Origin: a virus | Lineage: Duplodnaviria > Caudoviricetes | DNA length: 37,315 bases | IMG/VR virus record: IMGVR_UViG_3300037461_001042 | Location: 1 to 37,315 of that record | Strand: one strand, 5' to 3' | Part shown: one piece after another, positions 33,778-37,315 of the stretch | Numbering within the stretch: the first letter of the stretch is position 1 | Layout: each line of letters starts with the position of its first letter | Translations under genes and position numbers: made by a program | Notes under the pieces: generated by a model | Seen by the model: only the letters and a program-made list of their open reading frames with translations | What the model was told of the DNA's origin: nothing | Database searches by the model: none

Positions 33778-34310
33778 TCAAAGGCGATACCCTCGAGCTC
33801 GTTTACGGATCTGGCGAATATGCGATTGCGGATTATGACATCGAGATTGCGCTGCGCGGGGCCTCGACGATCGACATCAAGACCGGAGGGACCGGGGTCA
33901 CGATTGATAAGACGAGCGGCGACTACGAAATCACAGTGACCTCAACGGCTACGGCGAACTGGACTGCCGGGAATTATGAATTCGCCGTGTACCTCGTGAA
34001 GACCGGAGAGCGGCACATCATCCAGAGCGGCAAAGTCGAGATCAAGGCGAATGTTTCGGGACTTTCCGCTGCATACGATCCGCGAAGTACCGTCAAAAAG
34101 ACGCTCGATGCGATCGAGGCGGTCCTCGAAGGCCGGGCCAGCCAGGACATCATGACCTACAGCATCGCGGGCCGGCAGATTGCGAAGATCCCGATCCCCG
34201 ATCTACTCAAGCTGCGGGATTATTACAAGCGTGAGTACGCGAGCGAACAGAAAGCCGAGGCCCTTGCGAACGGAATCGGAACCGGCGGCAAAATTCTGGC
34301 GAGGTTCTGA
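33765..34310 (+). CDS. Head-tail adaptor (gpW-like C-terminus)
   Basis: LDAIEAVLEGRA...YSIAGRQIAKIPIPDLLKLRDYY; between TerL and portal. Confidence 0.7.
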   Translation: MENIIKGDTLELVYGSGEYAIADYDIEIALRGASTIDIKTGGTGVTIDKTSGDYEITVTSTATANWTAGNYEFAVYLVKTGERHIIQSGKVEIKANVSGLSAAYDPRSTVKKTLDAIEAVLEGRASQDIMTYSIAGRQIAKIPIPDLLKLRDYYKREYASEQKAEALANGIGTGGKILARF

Positions 34311-34311
34311 C

Positions 34312-35802
34312 ATGAAAATAATGGATCGTCTATTCAAACGTCGGAAAAAAGAGATCACGAGGAAGCAGCGTTTTATGGCGCTCAGGTACGCCGCTGCGGA
34401 CACGGGCCGCCTGCTGTCGTCCTGGACGACGACGAACACGAGCGCCGACGCGGACATCGCCTCATATCTGAAATCGCTCAGGGCCCGGTCGCGTCAGCTC
34501 GTGAAGGACAACGACTACGCCCTGCGGTTCATGCAGCTCGCGGTGAATAATATCATCGGCTCGACCGGAATATCGTTCCAATGCAAATCGAAGGACGCGC
34601 CGGACCGTTTGGACAAGCGGGCGAACGATATCATCGAAACTGGTTTTGCGGACTGGGGGCGGCCTGTTTTCTGTTCGCTCGACGGGCAGCTTTCATGGAA
34701 AGAGATGCAGCGCTTGATCCTTCAGTCCGCGATTCAGGACGGAGAGGTCCTTGTGAGGATCTACCGCGGTAATGCGGTAAACAAGTATTCGTTTGCGCTT
34801 CAGGTCCTTGAGGCTGATCATCTCGAAATCGATCTCACTGACACGACTAAAAACATCCAGATGGGTATCGAGTACGATGGTTTCGGCCGGCCGGTCGCAT
34901 ATCATCTGTACAAACAACATCCGGGTGGCAATAGATATGCCGAGTCTGCCTACGGATCACGGGAGCGCGTCGATGCAAAAGATATCCTCCATATTTTTTT
35001 GAAAGAAAGGCCGTCGCAGTCCCGCGGGGTGCCCTGGATGCATTCGGCAATGGTGCGGCTCAACCACCTCGGGTCGTATGAGGAAGCCGAGATCGTGGCG
35101 GCAAGGGTCGCTGCGTGCAAAATGGGAATTCTCACGAATCCGAATGGCGAGGGATACGTCGGTGACGAGAAAGACACCGATAACAACATCGTCGTGGACG
35201 TGGGGCCGGGAAATTGGGATCAGCTTCCGGCCGGGTGGGACGTAAAAATGTTCGACCCGACGCATCCGGCGGGAAATTTCGACGGGTTTATGAAGCGCAC
35301 CCTCATGGGGATCGCGTCGGGGCTCGGGGTTTCATATGTTTCGTTGGCGAATGACCTTTCTGCGGTAAATTATTCGAGCATAAGGGCCGGCAGCCTGGCG
35401 GAACGCGATCACTGGAGGATGCTTCAGTCATGGTTTATCGAGTCTTTCTGCGTAAGGGTGTTCGAGCGTTGGCTGGACGGCGCCCTGATAACGCAGGCGA
35501 TCAAACTACCGTATGAGAGGATCGAGAAATACAACAAGCCGCGGTTTTACGCGCGGAGTTGGGACTGGGTTGATCCGGAGAAGGACACGAACGCGGCCAT
35601 CAAGGAAATCAACGCGGGACTGAACACGCTCACCGACGTGCTCGCTGAAAGCGGGAAAGACATCGAGGACATTATCGAGACGAAGAAACAGGAGCAGGAG
35701 CTCCTTGCTCAATACGGGATCACATTAAATACGGACCCACAAAATCCTGCGAAACAAAAATTGGAGAATTCAGATGGAAACCAGACAGCAAATCAAGAGT
35801 AA
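34312..35802 (+). CDS. Portal protein, lambda family
   Basis: LRARSRQL, LQVLEADHL, QSRGVPW, NYSSIRAG, WVDPEKD. Confidence 0.95.
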   Translation: MKIMDRLFKRRKKEITRKQRFMALRYAAADTGRLLSSWTTTNTSADADIASYLKSLRARSRQLVKDNDYALRFMQLAVNNIIGSTGISFQCKSKDAPDRLDKRANDIIETGFADWGRPVFCSLDGQLSWKEMQRLILQSAIQDGEVLVRIYRGNAVNKYSFALQVLEADHLEIDLTDTTKNIQMGIEYDGFGRPVAYHLYKQHPGGNRYAESAYGSRERVDAKDILHIFLKERPSQSRGVPWMHSAMVRLNHLGSYEEAEIVAARVAACKMGILTNPNGEGYVGDEKDTDNNIVVDVGPGNWDQLPAGWDVKMFDPTHPAGNFDGFMKRTLMGIASGLGVSYVSLANDLSAVNYSSIRAGSLAERDHWRMLQSWFIESFCVRVFERWLDGALITQAIKLPYERIEKYNKPRFYARSWDWVDPEKDTNAAIKEINAGLNTLTDVLAESGKDIEDIIETKKQEQELLAQYGITLNTDPQNPAKQKLENSDGNQTANQE

Positions 35803-37315
35803 AACACTTTTTAGAAGCGTCGAAATAAGGGAAGTGCCGGCTAAACAGGACTCGCGGACGATCGAGCTGTCGTTCAGCTCCGAGGACCCCGCGAAGCGTT
35901 TCTGGGGGACTGAGATTCTCGACCATGACGCGAAGTCCGTCAGGATGGACCGGCTGCTGAAGGGAGCGCCGTTGCTCTGGAACCATAATCTCGACGAACA
36001 GATCGGCGTTATTGATAAAGCATGGATCAGCGACCGAAGGGGAAAAGCGTTGGTTCGTTTTTCCAGGTCACAAAAAGCTGATGAGATATACCAGGACGTC
36101 CTTGATGGCATCCGACGGGGTGTATCTGTGGGATACCAGATACATTCCATGATTCTCGAGGAGGAGAAGGACGGAGAAGCCACCTATCGGGCGAATGACT
36201 GGGAACCGTTGGAAGTTTCAATCGTCTCGGTTCCGCTTGACATTACTGTCGGCGTGGGCCGGGCCCTCGACCAGGATCATACCATCGAGGTAATAAAAAT
36301 CAACAAGGAAGAAAAAGAAATGGAAGCTGAAGTAAAAAGTCAGCCGATAAAAGAGGCTGAAAAAATTAACGTCTCCGATGTCAGGGCCGAGGCCCGGAAA
36401 GAGGAACAGAAGAGGATCCGCGAGATCAATATGTTCGCGGAAAAACATGGTCAGAAAGAACTCGCGGAAGAGTTCATAAGGGACGGGAAGTCTTCTCAGG
36501 AGTTCGGGATTGCGGTACTCGAAAGGATCGGCAACCTGAAGCCGATCAATCCCATTCCGGCAACCATCGGAATGTCCGAAAAAGAAGCGAAGAAGTTTAG
36601 CATCGTCCGTGCGGTCAACGGGCTGCTCTCTGGAAGGTTCGGAGGCTATGAGAAAGAATGTTCCGACGCCGTGTCGAAAAGGATCGGGAAGGATCCTCGC
36701 GGGTTCTTTGTCCCTGACGAAGTTCTTCATCAGAGGGTGCTCACCGTCGGGACCGTGTCCTCGCCGAGTACCGGCGCCGGGAACCTCGTGGCTCAGGATC
36801 TCGTGAGCTTCATCGAGTTGCTCTACAATTCGATGGTGCTCGTAAAAGCGGGCGCGAGAGTTCTCAAGGATCTCAAGGGCGATGTGCTTATTCCGAAGCT
36901 GACCGGCGGCGCTGCGGCGTACTGGGTCACTGAAAACAGCGCGATCACCGGGGCGTCGGCTCAGACTTTCACCCAGGTGAGCATGCGGCCGAAGACTCTC
37001 GGCGTATACACTGAACTTGCGCGCAAGTTGCTCATTCAGAGCTCGATGGACGTCGAGAACCTCATCAGGACAGATATGGCGGTTCAGATGGCGCTCGCGC
37101 TCGATAAGGCGGGGCTTGTCGGCAGCGGATCGGGGGCGACTCCGACCGGGATTCTCAACACCTCGGGCGTAGGCGATCAGAGCTGTGACGGATCATATCC
37201 GGATTATGACGATCTTCTCGCGATCTGGAGCGATGTCGGCGTCAGCAACGCGGCGATCGGTTCGCTTGCGTGGGTGTTCAACGCGAAAATGGCCGCGACG
37301 CTCAAGCAGGTATAT
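35774..37315 (+). CDS. Prohead protease-major capsid fusion, N-terminal part (621 aa in total on the circle); absent from ORF track
   Basis: Own translation: METRQ...ELSFSSE...PLLWNH...VSVGY...WEPLEVSIVSVP (HK97-type protease), continuing without a stop into ...SFIELL...IPKLTG...SMRPKTLG... Confidence 0.92.
   Translation, partial: METRQQIKSKTLFRSVEIREVPAKQDSRTIELSFSSEDPAKRFWGTEILDHDAKSVRMDRLLKGAPLLWNHNLDEQIGVIDKAWISDRRGKALVRFSRSQKADEIYQDVLDGIRRGVSVGYQIHSMILEEEKDGEATYRANDWEPLEVSIVSVPLDITVGVGRALDQDHTIEVIKINKEEKEMEAEVKSQPIKEAEKINVSDVRAEARKEEQKRIREINMFAEKHGQKELAEEFIRDGKSSQEFGIAVLERIGNLKPINPIPATIGMSEKEAKKFSIVRAVNGLLSGRFGGYEKECSDAVSKRIGKDPRGFFVPDEVLHQRVLTVGTVSSPSTGAGNLVAQDLVSFIELLYNSMVLVKAGARVLKDLKGDVLIPKLTGGAAAYWVTENSAITGASAQTFTQVSMRPKTLGVYTELARKLLIQSSMDVENLIRTDMAVQMALALDKAGLVGSGSGATPTGILNTSGVGDQSCDGSYPDYDDLLAIWSDVGVSNAAIGSLAWVFNAKMAATLKQVY
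37110..37315. repeat. Terminal direct repeat, copy 2
   Basis: Matches 1-206 with one mismatch. Confidence 0.97.

Overview
The window looks like one complete, circularly permuted temperate tailed-phage genome of about 37.1 kb. Bases 1-206 recur at 37110-37315 with one mismatch, and the break falls inside a prohead-protease/major-capsid fusion gene. The modules are: lambda-type packaging (putative cos, TerS, GpA-type TerL, portal), tail, lysis, a large serine integrase, an AT-rich accessory/immunity island (about 16.3-20 kb) and an early/replication/nin region. Most notable observations: (1) A promoter, 35-nt-periodic covarying RNA hairpins, a terminator and a NYN ribonuclease gene together have type III toxin-antitoxin architecture with a non-canonical toxin family. 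(2) A nonulosonic (sialic-like) acid gene set with a Maf-like transferase is partly embedded in the virion morphogenesis operon, suggesting virion glycosylation. (3) A tRNA-3'-end-like attP lies inside the integrase gene, so integration would swap off a C-terminal LAAA degron-like tail. (4) A 52-aa stand-alone NrdD glycyl-radical domain sits in the lysis cassette. (5) An integron-cassette-like insertion is present. (6) A doubled GGGAAAG -1 frameshift site opens a hidden ORF. All family calls come from motif recognition by eye; no searches were run and the host is not identifiable with confidence.
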